A stretch of DNA of 64,000 nucleotides from Candidatus Omnitrophota bacterium (GCA_030650275.1 JAUSEK010000023.1:107581-171580); one strand, 5' to 3'; positions 9,859 to 19,466 are shown, counted from the stretch's first letter. The notes: generated by a model not told the origin, from the sequence alone. Numbers and translations: made by a program.

Positions 9859-10631
9859 TGATCACCCGCGTCCTCGACAATGTCCGTTCACGTTTGACCC
9901 ACATGGGCGAAGCCATTTTCTTTCTGGGCGAGATCCTGCGCGTCATCGGCCGGGGCAAGGTGCGTTTCAACGAGGTTTTAAACCAGATGTACGCCCAGGG
10001 CGTGCAGTCCATCGTCATCGTTGTTTTGACGTCTTTTGCCTCCGGCATGGTTTTGGCCCTGCAGGCGAGCATCACCCTGCAGAGGTTCGGGGCCAAGGAA
10101 TTCGTGGCCCGGCTGGTGGCATTGTCTTTGCTGCGCGAATTAAGCCCCGTGTTCACTTCGCTCATTTTTTCCGGCAAGGCGGGGGCCGGTATAACGGCGG
10201 AACTGGGCACCATGAACACCCATGAACAGATCCAGGCCACGCGCGCTTTGGGCGTCAACCCCGTTGAATTCCTGGTGGTGCCGCGGTTTGTGGCCTGCGT
10301 TTTGGTATTGCCGATCCTGGTCGTTATTTCGGAGATCGTGGGGATCTTCGGCGGTTATGTGATCGCCGTCAGCCAGGCTCATGTCCCCGGGGTCTTTTAC
10401 GTGCATGAGACCATGGAAGCGGTGGATTACGTGGATTTCTTCAGCGGGCTCATCAAGGTCTTCTTTTTTTCGGTGATCATCGGATGGATCTGCTGTTACC
10501 AGGGTTTTTATACCAAAGGCGGGGCCATGGGGGTCGGCCAGTTCACGACCAGGGCTGTCGCCTATTCCTATATCGCCGTCATCATTTCCGACGTTGTTTT
10601 GACAAAGATCATCCTGACCATCTGGGGGTAA
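9858..10631 (+). CDS. mlaE: MlaE-family ABC permease
   Basis: LLRELSP, GITAELGTM, EQIQA, LVVPRF. Confidence 0.92.
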   Translation: MITRVLDNVRSRLTHMGEAIFFLGEILRVIGRGKVRFNEVLNQMYAQGVQSIVIVVLTSFASGMVLALQASITLQRFGAKEFVARLVALSLLRELSPVFTSLIFSGKAGAGITAELGTMNTHEQIQATRALGVNPVEFLVVPRFVACVLVLPILVVISEIVGIFGGYVIAVSQAHVPGVFYVHETMEAVDYVDFFSGLIKVFFFSVIIGWICCYQGFYTKGGAMGVGQFTTRAVAYSYIAVIISDVVLTKIILTIWG

Positions 10632-10635
10632 ATGT

Positions 10636-10974
10636 ATGCGTTTACGTTCGCTGTGCGCTCTGTCTTTATTGAGTGCCGTTTTTGCCGCTGGCTGTGCCAA
10701 TGGGGGTAACAATGACGGGCAATTGCAGAGCTATCTGTACCCTGTCGTTGAGGCGGGGTGGATCCGTAACGGCGAACCCATTGAGTACGGGGAGGAGAGG
10801 TGGTTTTCCGTGAACGACGTCGAGATCCTGATGGATTCCGAGGTCGCTGTGATCGGGGAGTACAAGGGCACGCAGATCTTCGTGGACAAGATCGACACAA
10901 AACCGTATGACCGTCTTTATACCAAGTTCGCCAAGAACAAATTCCGTTATTATGAGCGTTCGCCTAATGATTAA
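10636..10974 (+). CDS. Hypothetical lipoprotein
   Basis: Lipobox AAG-C; lies inside the mla operon. Confidence 0.7.
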   Translation: MRLRSLCALSLLSAVFAAGCANGGNNDGQLQSYLYPVVEAGWIRNGEPIEYGEERWFSVNDVEILMDSEVAVIGEYKGTQIFVDKIDTKPYDRLYTKFAKNKFRYYERSPND

Positions 10975-11686
10975 AGTTGAAGGCGTTTGCAAGAGCTTTG
11001 CCGGGGAGCGGGTCCTGGAGGATATCACTTTTGATATCGCTTCCGGCGAGATCGTGGTTTTGCTGGGCTCCAGCGGTGTGGGAAAGACGGTTTTGCTCAA
11101 ACATCTGATCGGGCTCATCGCTCCCGACGCAGGGCGCGTCCTGATCGACGGCGTGGACATCACCTCATTGCCCGAGGAAGGGTTACTGCAGGTGCGCAAA
11201 TCCATGGGTTATCTGTTCCAGGAGGGCGCACTGTACGATTTCATGGATGTTTTTGACAATGTCGCTTTTCCTTTAAGGGAGCATACGGTTTTAAGCGGCC
11301 CGGCCATCACGGACAAGGTCCGTGATGTGCTTAAACTGGTGGGCCTGCAGGATGCCGGGGAGAAATTCCCGGCGCAGTTAAGCGGGGGCATGAAAAAACG
11401 GGCGGGATTGGCGCGCGCGATCATTTTGGGGGCCAAGATCCTGCTGTGCGACGAGCCAACCTCTGGCCTGGACCCCATCCGCAGCCGTGATATTTCGGAC
11501 CTGATCCATTCCGTGGCCAAAAAGATCGGTTCCACGACCGTCATCACTTCACATGACATTGATAATTCTTTGCGCATCGCCGACCGTCTTATCCTTTTGA
11601 ACGAAAGCCGGATCGTGGCCGTGGGCACGCCCCAGGCCATGCGCGCCAACCAGGAAGGGTTCGTCCGTGAATTCCTGCGGGTCTAG
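10967..11686 (+). CDS. mlaF: MlaF-family ABC ATPase
   Basis: GSSGVGKT, LSGGMKKR, LCDEPTSGLDP. Confidence 0.92.
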   Translation: MIKVEGVCKSFAGERVLEDITFDIASGEIVVLLGSSGVGKTVLLKHLIGLIAPDAGRVLIDGVDITSLPEEGLLQVRKSMGYLFQEGALYDFMDVFDNVAFPLREHTVLSGPAITDKVRDVLKLVGLQDAGEKFPAQLSGGMKKRAGLARAIILGAKILLCDEPTSGLDPIRSRDISDLIHSVAKKIGSTTVITSHDIDNSLRIADRLILLNESRIVAVGTPQAMRANQEGFVREFLRV

Positions 11687-11710
11687 AGAAAGCCGTTAAT
11701 GGAGAACATT

Positions 11711-12301
11711 ATGGACAAAAATAGCGTCAAGAAAATAGCGGCGGGACTGTTTTTCGCGGCGGGCCTGGTCCTTGTTGCCATCAGCGTTTTTTTTATCGGC
11801 ATTGACCGTGGCCTGGCCCAGCCGAAATTCAAGGTCATTGTGCTTTTTAACCAGGTGGGCGGCCTGGTGGACGGCGCGCCCATCCGCATCTCCGGGGTCA
11901 ACGTGGGCATCGTCGGGTCCACGGATTTCCTTGATAACCCCATTGAAGGCCGCAGTTTAAAGGTCGTCATGGACATCTTTAAGAAATACGAATCGCAGTT
12001 CCGCAAATGTTCCCGGGTGAGCATCAAGACCGAAGGGGTGCTGGGACAGAAGCTCATTGAGATCAGCGAAGACCGCACCCGCATTGTCTTTGACATGACC
12101 AAGCCTATCATCGGGGAAGATCCCCTGGACGTTGAGGACATGGCCGGGGTCATCACCCACACCGCGGTTTCCCTGCAAAAGACGAGCGAGGACGTCAACC
12201 AGGTCATGAACGAATGGAAATACATTTCCCGCAAGGCCAAGCGGATGATGAACCGTTTTGAGCAGAAATTTATTGAGGGAGACCTGTTCAAAATATTTTA
12301 G
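11711..12301 (+). CDS. mlaD: MlaD/MCE-domain protein
   Basis: N-terminal TM, GGLVDGAPIRISGVNVG, EGVLGQKLIEI. Confidence 0.9.
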   Translation: MDKNSVKKIAAGLFFAAGLVLVAISVFFIGIDRGLAQPKFKVIVLFNQVGGLVDGAPIRISGVNVGIVGSTDFLDNPIEGRSLKVVMDIFKKYESQFRKCSRVSIKTEGVLGQKLIEISEDRTRIVFDMTKPIIGEDPLDVEDMAGVITHTAVSLQKTSEDVNQVMNEWKYISRKAKRMMNRFEQKFIEGDLFKIF

Positions 12302-12313
12302 GGAGGGAAAGGC

Positions 12314-12607
12314 ATGTTCGTCCTGGCAAATTTCATGCACGCGCTGGCGGTTCTTGTGAACATCGTCCTGACGGTGTTTTATTGGCTCATCCTTTTTCGG
12401 GCGATCATCAGCTGGGTCAACCCGGACCCGTTCAATCCTATCGTGCAATTCGTGCATCGGGTGACGGAACCGGTCCTTGAGCCCCTGCGCCGGCTTTTGC
12501 CGCCCATGCCCATTGATATTTCCCCGATCCTGGCGTTTTTGGGCGTCATTTTCCTGCGTTCATTTTTGGTCAGGACCCTGCAGGACCTGGCCATGCGTTT
12601 ACAGTAA
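12314..12607 (+). CDS. yggT: YggT-family membrane protein
   Basis: ISWVNPDPFNP, TEPVLEPLRR, DISPI. Confidence 0.92.
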   Translation: MFVLANFMHALAVLVNIVLTVFYWLILFRAIISWVNPDPFNPIVQFVHRVTEPVLEPLRRLLPPMPIDISPILAFLGVIFLRSFLVRTLQDLAMRLQ

Positions 12608-12664
12608 TTCTTGCAAAATGAAGGGCTTTCATGTATATAGAGAAGGCATTTTTAAGGAGACGAC

Positions 12665-12961
12665 ATGTTCGATAAGATCAAGCAGATGATGACGTTAAGG
12701 AAACAGGCCGATAAGCTCAAGAAAGAACTGGAACTCGTCATCATCGAGATCAGCGATGTGCGGGGCATCAAGGTCGTTGTCAACGGCGCCCAGATCTTCC
12801 AGTCGGTGGACATTGACGCGGGGCTTTTGAACGCCGGCAATAAGAACCGCCTCCAGATGGACCTTTTACGCAGTATCAACACCGCGGTCAAAAAGTCCCA
12901 GCAGGCGGCCGCCAACAAGATGCGCAATACGCCCGGTTTGAACATACCGGGGTTAACTTAA
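12665..12961 (+). CDS. YbaB/EbfC nucleoid-associated protein
   Basis: MFDKIKQMM..KQA, IKVVVNG, SINTAVKK, IPGL. Confidence 0.82.
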   Translation: MFDKIKQMMTLRKQADKLKKELELVIIEISDVRGIKVVVNGAQIFQSVDIDAGLLNAGNKNRLQMDLLRSINTAVKKSQQAAANKMRNTPGLNIPGLT

Positions 12962-12976
12962 AAATCAGGAGGACTC

Positions 12977-13207
12977 ATGCCTTACGATGCCAGTTTAGAC
13001 GCCGCCACATTCAAAGAAGTGATCGATTTTGAGAACACCCGCGTTACGGTCGGGGTTTTTTCCTATAACGGCGCGCCCAAGAAATTGCAGATCACCCGCG
13101 AAAATTTTCTTAACGAAAAATGGAGTTTCACCAAACTCGGCCGTTTGAACAAGGAAGAGGCGCAGGCGGTTCTGCCGATCATGGCCAAAGCCATCGAAGC
13201 GCTCTAG
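12977..13207 (+). CDS. Small conserved hypothetical protein
   Basis: AGGAGG RBS, host-like codon usage; SYNGAPKKLQI...KLGRL. Confidence 0.75.
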   Translation: MPYDASLDAATFKEVIDFENTRVTVGVFSYNGAPKKLQITRENFLNEKWSFTKLGRLNKEEAQAVLPIMAKAIEAL

Positions 13208-13215
13208 GGAGTTTT

Positions 13216-13695
13216 ATGGCCAACGAAGTTTACTTGACCCGCGAGGGTTTTCATAAACTGCAAAAACAGCTGGAGACCCTCAAGTCCACCGAACGCCGCA
13301 AGATCGCCAAAGCGATCGGCGAGGCGCGCGCGCAGGGCGACATTTCCGAGAACGCCGAATACGACGCGGCCAAGGAAGCGCAGGCCCACAATGAGACCCG
13401 TGTTGCCGATTTGGAGGCAAAACTGGTCAACGTGCGCATCATCGAGAATGAGAAGATCCCTTCCGACAAGGTGTTCATCGGCGCCATCGTGGCGCTGGAG
13501 GATCTGGACAGCGGTGAAAAAATGACCTACATGCTGGTGTCCCCGGAAGAGGCGAGTTACGAGGAAAAAAAGATCTCGGTGTTTTCCCCCATCGGCAAAG
13601 GGCTTTTGGGCCATAAAGCCAAAGAGACCGTGGAGTTAAAAGTCCCGGCCGGGACACTCAAGTATAAAATTTTAAGCATCAAACGTCCTTCTTAA
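13216..13695 (+). CDS. greA: Transcription elongation factor GreA
   Basis: ARAQGDISENAEYDAAK, ISVFSPIGKGL. Confidence 0.97.
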   Translation: MANEVYLTREGFHKLQKQLETLKSTERRKIAKAIGEARAQGDISENAEYDAAKEAQAHNETRVADLEAKLVNVRIIENEKIPSDKVFIGAIVALEDLDSGEKMTYMLVSPEEASYEEKKISVFSPIGKGLLGHKAKETVELKVPAGTLKYKILSIKRPS

Positions 13696-13866
13696 GCGCA
13701 GGTTCCGCCCACAACATTATCAACGGGTAATACAGTAAGATAAATTTGTCATTTTATCGTATATGGTGTATCATAAAAATGATTTTGTTGCCTCCGCATT
13801 CCCCATGCGGTTAACATAAATTCCCCTAATCAGAAGTTGTTGCTTACGCAAAATAAACCATCATCT

Positions 13867-13891
13867 TTGAGGTTTCAAATTGAAACCTCAA
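13867..13891. repeat. ORF6N-type palindrome (free-standing copy)
   Basis: TTGAGGTTTCAA-A-TTGAAACCTCAA, perfect 12-bp arms. Confidence 0.85.
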
Positions 13892-13904
13892 GTTACCGTG
13901 GATT

Positions 13905-13930
13905 GTCATTCCCGCGCAGGCGGGAATCCA
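13905..13930. repeat. dRS3-like/REP palindrome
   Basis: GTCATTCCCGCGCAGGCGGGAATCCA (ATTCCC-N8-GGGAAT). Confidence 0.8.
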
Positions 13931-13952
13931 AAACATTGACCAAAGGAATACT

Positions 13953-14024
13953 ATGCTCAAAACATTGTCCATCGCCGAATGGCCCATCGACGACCGTCTG
14001 CGGGAAGTAGGTAATTTTACGTAA
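13953..14024 (+). pseudogene. radC: RadC/JAB N-terminal remnant
   Basis: MLKTLSIAEWPIDDRLRE resembles the RadC N-terminal IxxWPxxxRPRE motif; AAAGGA RBS; stop after 23 aa. Confidence 0.6.
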
Positions 14025-14233
14025 CAAGGGGGTAAAATGTTGAATTATTACCTACTTAATGGCTTTAAAAATATGTTTGACCCGGTGATTTGACTTATCA
14101 CGGCCGTAATGATAGAGTGGTCATCACATAGTTCTTCCGGTTCCCCGCCGGAAGTGCGGTTCATACAAACTCCCCTGTTGCAAGCGGTCGTGCCTGTTTT
14201 TTTAAGAATTCTTAATTTTCAAGGGGGCGTGCC

Positions 14234-14779
14234 ATGTCTCAAGAACAAAAGAAGGGGATCCTTGTGCCAGTCGAGATCATCCATAGTAAGATCTATTTAA
14301 TTCGAGGACATAAGGTCATGTTTGATAAGGATTTGGCGGAATTGTATAATGTTGAAACAGGACATCTCAATAGGGCGGTCAGCCGGAATATCGACCGTTT
14401 CCCGGAAGATTTTATGTTCCAACTAACAAAGGAAGAGATGGATTCTTTAAGATGCCAATTTGGCATCTTAAAGAGAGGGCAGCACATTAAGTATTTACCC
14501 TTCGTTTTTACTGAGCAGGGGATCGCTATGCTCTCAAGCGTGCTTAAATCCAAAAGAGCTGTCCAGGTGAACATACAAATTATACGGGTTTTTGTGAGAC
14601 TTAAAGAGCTGATACTTTCCCACAAGGACCTGGCCCGCAAGATTGAGGACCTGGAGCGGAAATTCGGCGACCATGATGCCAAAATCATCCACCTGTTCAA
14701 TGAGATTCGCCGGTTGATGGCCACTTCTGAGCCGCTGGATAATTACAAAAGGACAAAGGTAGGTTTTGTGGTGAATTAA
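14234..14779 (+). CDS. ORF6N-domain DNA-binding protein
   Basis: IRGHKVMFDKDLAELYNVET, RNIDRFPEDFMFQLT, FTEQGIAMLSSVLKS. Confidence 0.93.
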   Translation: MSQEQKKGILVPVEIIHSKIYLIRGHKVMFDKDLAELYNVETGHLNRAVSRNIDRFPEDFMFQLTKEEMDSLRCQFGILKRGQHIKYLPFVFTEQGIAMLSSVLKSKRAVQVNIQIIRVFVRLKELILSHKDLARKIEDLERKFGDHDAKIIHLFNEIRRLMATSEPLDNYKRTKVGFVVN

Positions 14780-14788
14780 GAAACGCTT

Positions 14789-14816
14789 TTGCAAGTGGGC
14801 GGGTTTTCTGTATAAT
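14789..14816 (+). promoter_or_regulatory. sigma70 promoter, leaderless start
   Basis: TTGCAA-16-TATAAT, ATG 6 nt downstream, no SD. Confidence 0.65.
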
Positions 14817-14822
14817 GCACCC

Positions 14823-15836
14823 ATGATTTCTCTCGGCGTCATCGGTTGCGGTCATTGGGGACCCAACCATGTCCGTGTTTTTTCCCAGTTGACGGCCTCG
14901 CGTGTCGTCCGGTGCGCAGACCCCGACGAAAAACGCCTGGCATTCGTCCGCGCGCTTTTTCCCGCTGTTGAAACCACGACGGACTATACGCGGATCCTCA
15001 AAGATCCCGGCGTTGACGCGGTGGTCATTGCCGCGCCCACTGATCTGCATTTTAAATTGACCAGGGAGGCGCTGGAGGCGGGCAAGCATGTCCTTTGCGA
15101 AAAACCCCTGTCGCTTGACCCAGATGAGTGTCTTAAGCTGGGCGATCTGGCCCGCAAGCAGGGCAAGGTCCTGATGGCCGGGCATGTTTTTGTTTTCAAC
15201 CGGGGCATTGTCAAGATGCGCGAGTACATCCAGGGCGGAGAATTAGGGGCATTGCATTACGCCCATAGCGAGCGCACCAATCTGGGCCCGTTCCGTTACG
15301 ACGTCAATGCCTTGTGGGACCTGGCCCCGCACGACATTTCCATTTTCAATTACCTGTTTGACAGTTGTCCGGTGAGCGTTTCGGCCCGCGGGCATAAATG
15401 CCTGGGCAAGGTCCTGGAAGACCTGGCCTTTGCCACCCTTGATTATCCCAATGATGTCATGGTCAATATCCATGTCAGCTGGCTTGACCCCAGGAAGGTG
15501 CGCCAGATCACCATCGTCGGCGCCCAGAAAATGGTGTCCTGGGACGACCTGGACAACGACGGGTCCATCAAACTTTACGACAAGCACGTTGAGAAAACAT
15601 CCGTTTATTACGAGACCTATGGCGAGTTCCAGCTGTTGTCCCGTGAGGGGAACGTCACCATCCCCAAGATCGGTTTCCACGAGCCGCTCAAGGACCAGGC
15701 GCAGTATTTTATCGACTGTGTTGTCAAAAACGTCCCGCCGGTTTTGGCGGATGCCCAAAGGGCTTATGATGTTGTGCGCACCCTGTGCGCCATCCAGGAG
15801 TCCATGGACCGCAAAGGCGAATTGGTCAAACTATGA
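14823..15836 (+). CDS. Gfo/Idh/MocA oxidoreductase (nucleotide-sugar dehydrogenase-like)
   Basis: GVIGCGHWG, KHVLCEKP, WDLAPHD. Confidence 0.9.
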   Translation: MISLGVIGCGHWGPNHVRVFSQLTASRVVRCADPDEKRLAFVRALFPAVETTTDYTRILKDPGVDAVVIAAPTDLHFKLTREALEAGKHVLCEKPLSLDPDECLKLGDLARKQGKVLMAGHVFVFNRGIVKMREYIQGGELGALHYAHSERTNLGPFRYDVNALWDLAPHDISIFNYLFDSCPVSVSARGHKCLGKVLEDLAFATLDYPNDVMVNIHVSWLDPRKVRQITIVGAQKMVSWDDLDNDGSIKLYDKHVEKTSVYYETYGEFQLLSREGNVTIPKIGFHEPLKDQAQYFIDCVVKNVPPVLADAQRAYDVVRTLCAIQESMDRKGELVKL

Positions 15837-16390
15837 ATTATTTTAAGCACGAAAAAGCATTGGTCCATCCCAAGGCCGTGGTCGGTGAAGGCACACGCGT
15901 TTGGGCCTTTGCCAATATTCTGGAAGGGGCTGTGGTCGGCAGGCAATGCAACATTTGCGACGGTTGTTTTGTTGAAGGAGGCGCCGTCCTCGGCGACCAC
16001 GTGACGCTTAAAAACGGTGTGGCGGTCTTTAACGGGATCACGCTCGGCAACGACGTGTTCGTCGGTGCCCATATGGTGTTCATCAATGACCGTTATCCGC
16101 GTTCCAACCGTGCCGATGCCTGGACGCTGGAAAAGACCCTGGTCAAGAAAGGGGCCGCCCTTGGCGCCAATGCCACCATCATGTGCGGCATCACCATCGG
16201 GGAATACGCGGTGGTGGGCGCGGGGAGTGTTGTGACCAAGGATGTGCCGGCGCACAGCATCGTTGTGGGCAATCCCGCCAAAGCCGCGGGCCACGCCTGC
16301 TGCTGCGGCCGTAAACTTTCTTCTGATCTGCGTTGTTCGTGCGGCCTGAAATATGAAACATCGCATTCTGGTCTGTCCTGTTGCTTATAA
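15833..16390 (+). CDS. Hexapeptide N-acetyltransferase (WbpD-like)
   Basis: LbH repeats, FINDRYPRS, GANATIMCG, VGNPA, C-terminal CxCG. Confidence 0.88.
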   Translation: MNYFKHEKALVHPKAVVGEGTRVWAFANILEGAVVGRQCNICDGCFVEGGAVLGDHVTLKNGVAVFNGITLGNDVFVGAHMVFINDRYPRSNRADAWTLEKTLVKKGAALGANATIMCGITIGEYAVVGAGSVVTKDVPAHSIVVGNPAKAAGHACCCGRKLSSDLRCSCGLKYETSHSGLSCCL

Positions 16391-17090
16391 TGAGCGGGTG
16401 AAAATAAAGAACGTCATTGATCGTTTTTTGAAAAGCCGCGCTTTTGGCAAGACGGATTATTGCATCGTGGACGATGGTTCCGATGACGGCACCAGCGAAG
16501 TCATCGCCGGTTTTGCCCCGCAAGGGGTCAGGACGGTCAAACACCCCGGACGCAGCGGGGTGGGGGCGGCCATCCGCACGGCCATCCGTTACGCGCAAAA
16601 TAATCACTACGACGTCCTGGTTATCATGGCCGGCAATGACAAGGACGATCCCGAGGAGATCCCGCTGGTGGCGGGCCCCGTCGTGGAGCAGGGTTTTGAC
16701 GTGGTGCAGGGCTCAAGGTATCTGGGCAAGGCCGGTTCCAGCGGCGACATGCCGTTCTATCGCAAGGTCGCCACGCGTTTGCATCCGTTCATTTTTTCTA
16801 TATTCACCGGACGAAAATTGACGGACACCACCAATGGTTTTCGTGCCATGCGGGTGGCGATCTTTGACGACAAACGGATCAACCTGGACCAGGAATGGCT
16901 CAATAGCTATGAACTGGAACCGTATGTGCTCTATAAAGCCATCACGTTAGGGTACAAATTCAAGGAAGTGCCCGTCACCAAAATTTATCCGCCCAAAAAT
17001 TCAGGCGGCTATACCAAGATGAAGCCCTTTGTCAGTTGGTGGGGCATTTTAAGGCCGCTGTTCTATCTGCGTTTGGGAGTTAAAACATGA
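16353..17090 (+). CDS. Glycosyltransferase family 2
   Basis: PVAYNE, VDDGSDDGT, VQGSRY, DTTNGFRA. Confidence 0.92.
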   Translation: MKHRILVCPVAYNERVKIKNVIDRFLKSRAFGKTDYCIVDDGSDDGTSEVIAGFAPQGVRTVKHPGRSGVGAAIRTAIRYAQNNHYDVLVIMAGNDKDDPEEIPLVAGPVVEQGFDVVQGSRYLGKAGSSGDMPFYRKVATRLHPFIFSIFTGRKLTDTTNGFRAMRVAIFDDKRINLDQEWLNSYELEPYVLYKAITLGYKFKEVPVTKIYPPKNSGGYTKMKPFVSWWGILRPLFYLRLGVKT

Positions 17091-17836
17091 GACTTTTCGG
17101 AAAAAACCCCGTCATTGAACGGCTGAAGGCCGATCCCAAGAGCATCCGCCGCGTCCTTCTTGAACTGGGACATCCGGACACCGCGTATGTGCACAAGAAA
17201 TGCCATCAGTGGGGCATTCCGGTCGCGTCGGTACCGCGCAGCAAGATCCAAAAACTGGCGCAGAGTTTGAATACCCAGGGGGTACTCGCCGAAATAGATG
17301 AATTCCCGTATCAGCCCTTTGAAGACATGCTGGATACGGCGTGGGACAAGAAACAGACCCTCGTTTTTTTGGACAATCTGACCGACCCGCAGAATCTGGG
17401 CGGCATCCTGCGCACCTGCGGTTCTCTGGGCGATTTCGCCGTTGTCCTGCCGACGGCGGAGTCCGTCAGCGTGACGGAGACGGTATTGCGGGTGGCCTGC
17501 GGCGGCGAGAATTATTTGTCGGTCGCGCGCGTTTCCAATCTGGCCAATGCCATTGAAAAGGCGAAGAAAAAAGGTTTTTGGATCATCGGTACTGTGGCCA
17601 AAGATGCCAAGAATATCACGGATGTTCAGATGAATTTCCCGGCGGGCCTTGTCCTTGGCTCCGAAGACAAAGGGGTGAGGGACGTCATCCGCAAGAAACT
17701 GGACCTGGAAGTGATGGTCCCCATGAAAAATGAACGCATGTCGCTCAACGTGGCCCACGCGGCCGCCATTTTGTCCTATGAGATCATCCGCCAAAAAAAG
17801 AAACAAAAAGACCGACCCGCACACGGCAACCCTTAA
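17087..17836 (+). CDS. SPOUT RNA methyltransferase (RlmB/TrmH family)
   Basis: GKNPVIE, DPQNLG, LGSEDKG, SLNVAHA. Confidence 0.9.
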   Translation: MRLFGKNPVIERLKADPKSIRRVLLELGHPDTAYVHKKCHQWGIPVASVPRSKIQKLAQSLNTQGVLAEIDEFPYQPFEDMLDTAWDKKQTLVFLDNLTDPQNLGGILRTCGSLGDFAVVLPTAESVSVTETVLRVACGGENYLSVARVSNLANAIEKAKKKGFWIIGTVAKDAKNITDVQMNFPAGLVLGSEDKGVRDVIRKKLDLEVMVPMKNERMSLNVAHAAAILSYEIIRQKKKQKDRPAHGNP

Positions 17837-18389
17837 TTTCTTTGGGGAAGCGGGACTGCTCAAGCGCGTCCACCGCAGCGGCTGGTGGGTGGCAGGCATT
17901 GAGAATCCGGAAACCGTGGCCGAACATTCCTTCCGCTGCGCGGTCATCGCGTATTATATCGCCCATTGCGAGAATGCGGACCCTTTCAAGGCGGTGACCA
18001 TGGCGCTTTTTAATGACATCCACGAGGCGCGCATCAATGACCTGCACAAGATGGGGCATTATTACATTAATTTCCGCGACGCCGAGAAAAAGGCCTTTGC
18101 CGACCAGATCGCGGTCCTGGACCACAGGGTCAGGAAAGCGCTGGCTTCCCTAAGGCTGGCGTATGACGCCCAATCCTGCCGTGAAAGCCTGATCGCGCGC
18201 GACGCCGACATCCTCGAATGCCTTTTGCAGGCCAAGGAGTACGTGGATAACGGCTACCCGGCCGCCCGCACGTTCTTTAAAAGCGCCCCCGGCCATCTCA
18301 AAACAAAGACCGCCCGCGCGCTGTGGAAAAAAGCCCTGCGCTGGGACAGCCACGCGTGGTGGCAGGAAGTTGTCAAGTTCGAACGATGA
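17778..18389 (+). CDS. HD-domain phosphohydrolase (YfbR-like)
   Basis: LKRVHRSGW, ETVAEHSFR, DADILE; start uncertain, overlaps the upstream gene. Confidence 0.85.
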   Translation: MRSSAKKRNKKTDPHTATLNFFGEAGLLKRVHRSGWWVAGIENPETVAEHSFRCAVIAYYIAHCENADPFKAVTMALFNDIHEARINDLHKMGHYYINFRDAEKKAFADQIAVLDHRVRKALASLRLAYDAQSCRESLIARDADILECLLQAKEYVDNGYPAARTFFKSAPGHLKTKTARALWKKALRWDSHAWWQEVVKFER

Positions 18390-19135
18390 CCCGATGGCTT
18401 TTGTCCTGTTTTTTGCTGCTGACCGGCTGCGCCACCTACAATACCGCCACCGAGCGCAACGAGATCATTCTCATTTCCACCTCTTCCGAAGTGGCGATGG
18501 CCCACAGCATTCACAGTCAGATCTCTTCTCAAAATAAGATCATCAGTAATACCGACGAGACCAGGCGCCTGGAGCGCATTGGCGGGCGCGTGGCGCGCGT
18601 CAGCGACCGCCAGGATTACCAGTATCATTTCTACCTGATCGACAGCGACGAGATCAACGCCTTCACCGTGCCGGGCGGCAACATCTATTTTTATACGGGG
18701 CTTTTGCGCCGCCTGCCCTCGGACGACCAGGTCGCCTCGGTCCTCGCCCATGAGGTCGGTCATTGCGCGGCCAAACACACCGTCAAGAAATTCCAGGCCG
18801 CTTTGGGTTATAACGTCGCCCGCAATGTGCTGGTCAACATCCTTGCTTTAAGGGCGCCGGGGGTCCAGTCCGTGGCAGGATTGGGCGCGGATGCCGTCAT
18901 GAACCTGGCCAACTCCGCCTACAGCCGACGGGACGAATATGAGGCGGACCGTTTGGGAATTAAATATCTGTATTTGGCCGGTTTTGATTTAAATGGTATG
19001 ATACAGGCATTTGATGTCCTGCAGGAGGCGACCAAGGGCGATCACAGCCCTCTGATCCTCAGATCACATCCTTTTTTAAAGGACCGCATCGTGGCTGTGC
19101 GCAAAGAGATCGAGGCTGTCGGGACAAAATACTGA
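18386..19135 (+). CDS. M48-family zinc metalloprotease lipoprotein
   Basis: Lipobox LTG-C, INAFTVPGG, LAHEVGH, YSRRDEYEAD, SHP. Confidence 0.92.
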   Translation: MTRWLLSCFLLLTGCATYNTATERNEIILISTSSEVAMAHSIHSQISSQNKIISNTDETRRLERIGGRVARVSDRQDYQYHFYLIDSDEINAFTVPGGNIYFYTGLLRRLPSDDQVASVLAHEVGHCAAKHTVKKFQAALGYNVARNVLVNILALRAPGVQSVAGLGADAVMNLANSAYSRRDEYEADRLGIKYLYLAGFDLNGMIQAFDVLQEATKGDHSPLILRSHPFLKDRIVAVRKEIEAVGTKY

Positions 19136-19136
19136 C

Positions 19137-19159
19137 GTAGGGGCCGGGTCACCCGGCCC
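19137..19159 (+). repeat. GTAG-type REP palindrome
   Basis: GTAG followed by GGGCCGGGT-C-ACCCGGCCC. Confidence 0.7.
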
Positions 19160-19164
19160 GAAGG

Positions 19165-19461
19165 GTGCTCATGCGGCGCATCGGGATCGCGGCCAGCAAA
19201 ATGGCCAGGGGCAGTTTGCCCAAGTACAATGTTTTCGTCATCATGATCGCTTTTTTGTGTTCTTTGCTTTTGTTCTTTATCTGCGGGCTCTCCATTTTAG
19301 CGGCGCTGTTTTTGGTTTCTTTGGTGTGCCGGCCGTTTTTGTCTCCGGAATTTAACGCTGCGTCACCGGCGATCGTCCGGGTATGTCTGGTCGCCCTGGC
19401 CGTTGTCATCGGGGTCCTCAACGTTTTGGCCGTGATCAAGAACGTAAAAGTCAACAAATAG
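19165..19461 (+). CDS. Small membrane protein
   Basis: Two hydrophobic segments; fills the gap within the operon. Confidence 0.65.
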   Translation: MLMRRIGIAASKMARGSLPKYNVFVIMIAFLCSLLLFFICGLSILAALFLVSLVCRPFLSPEFNAASPAIVRVCLVALAVVIGVLNVLAVIKNVKVNK

Positions 19462-19466
19462 GGATT

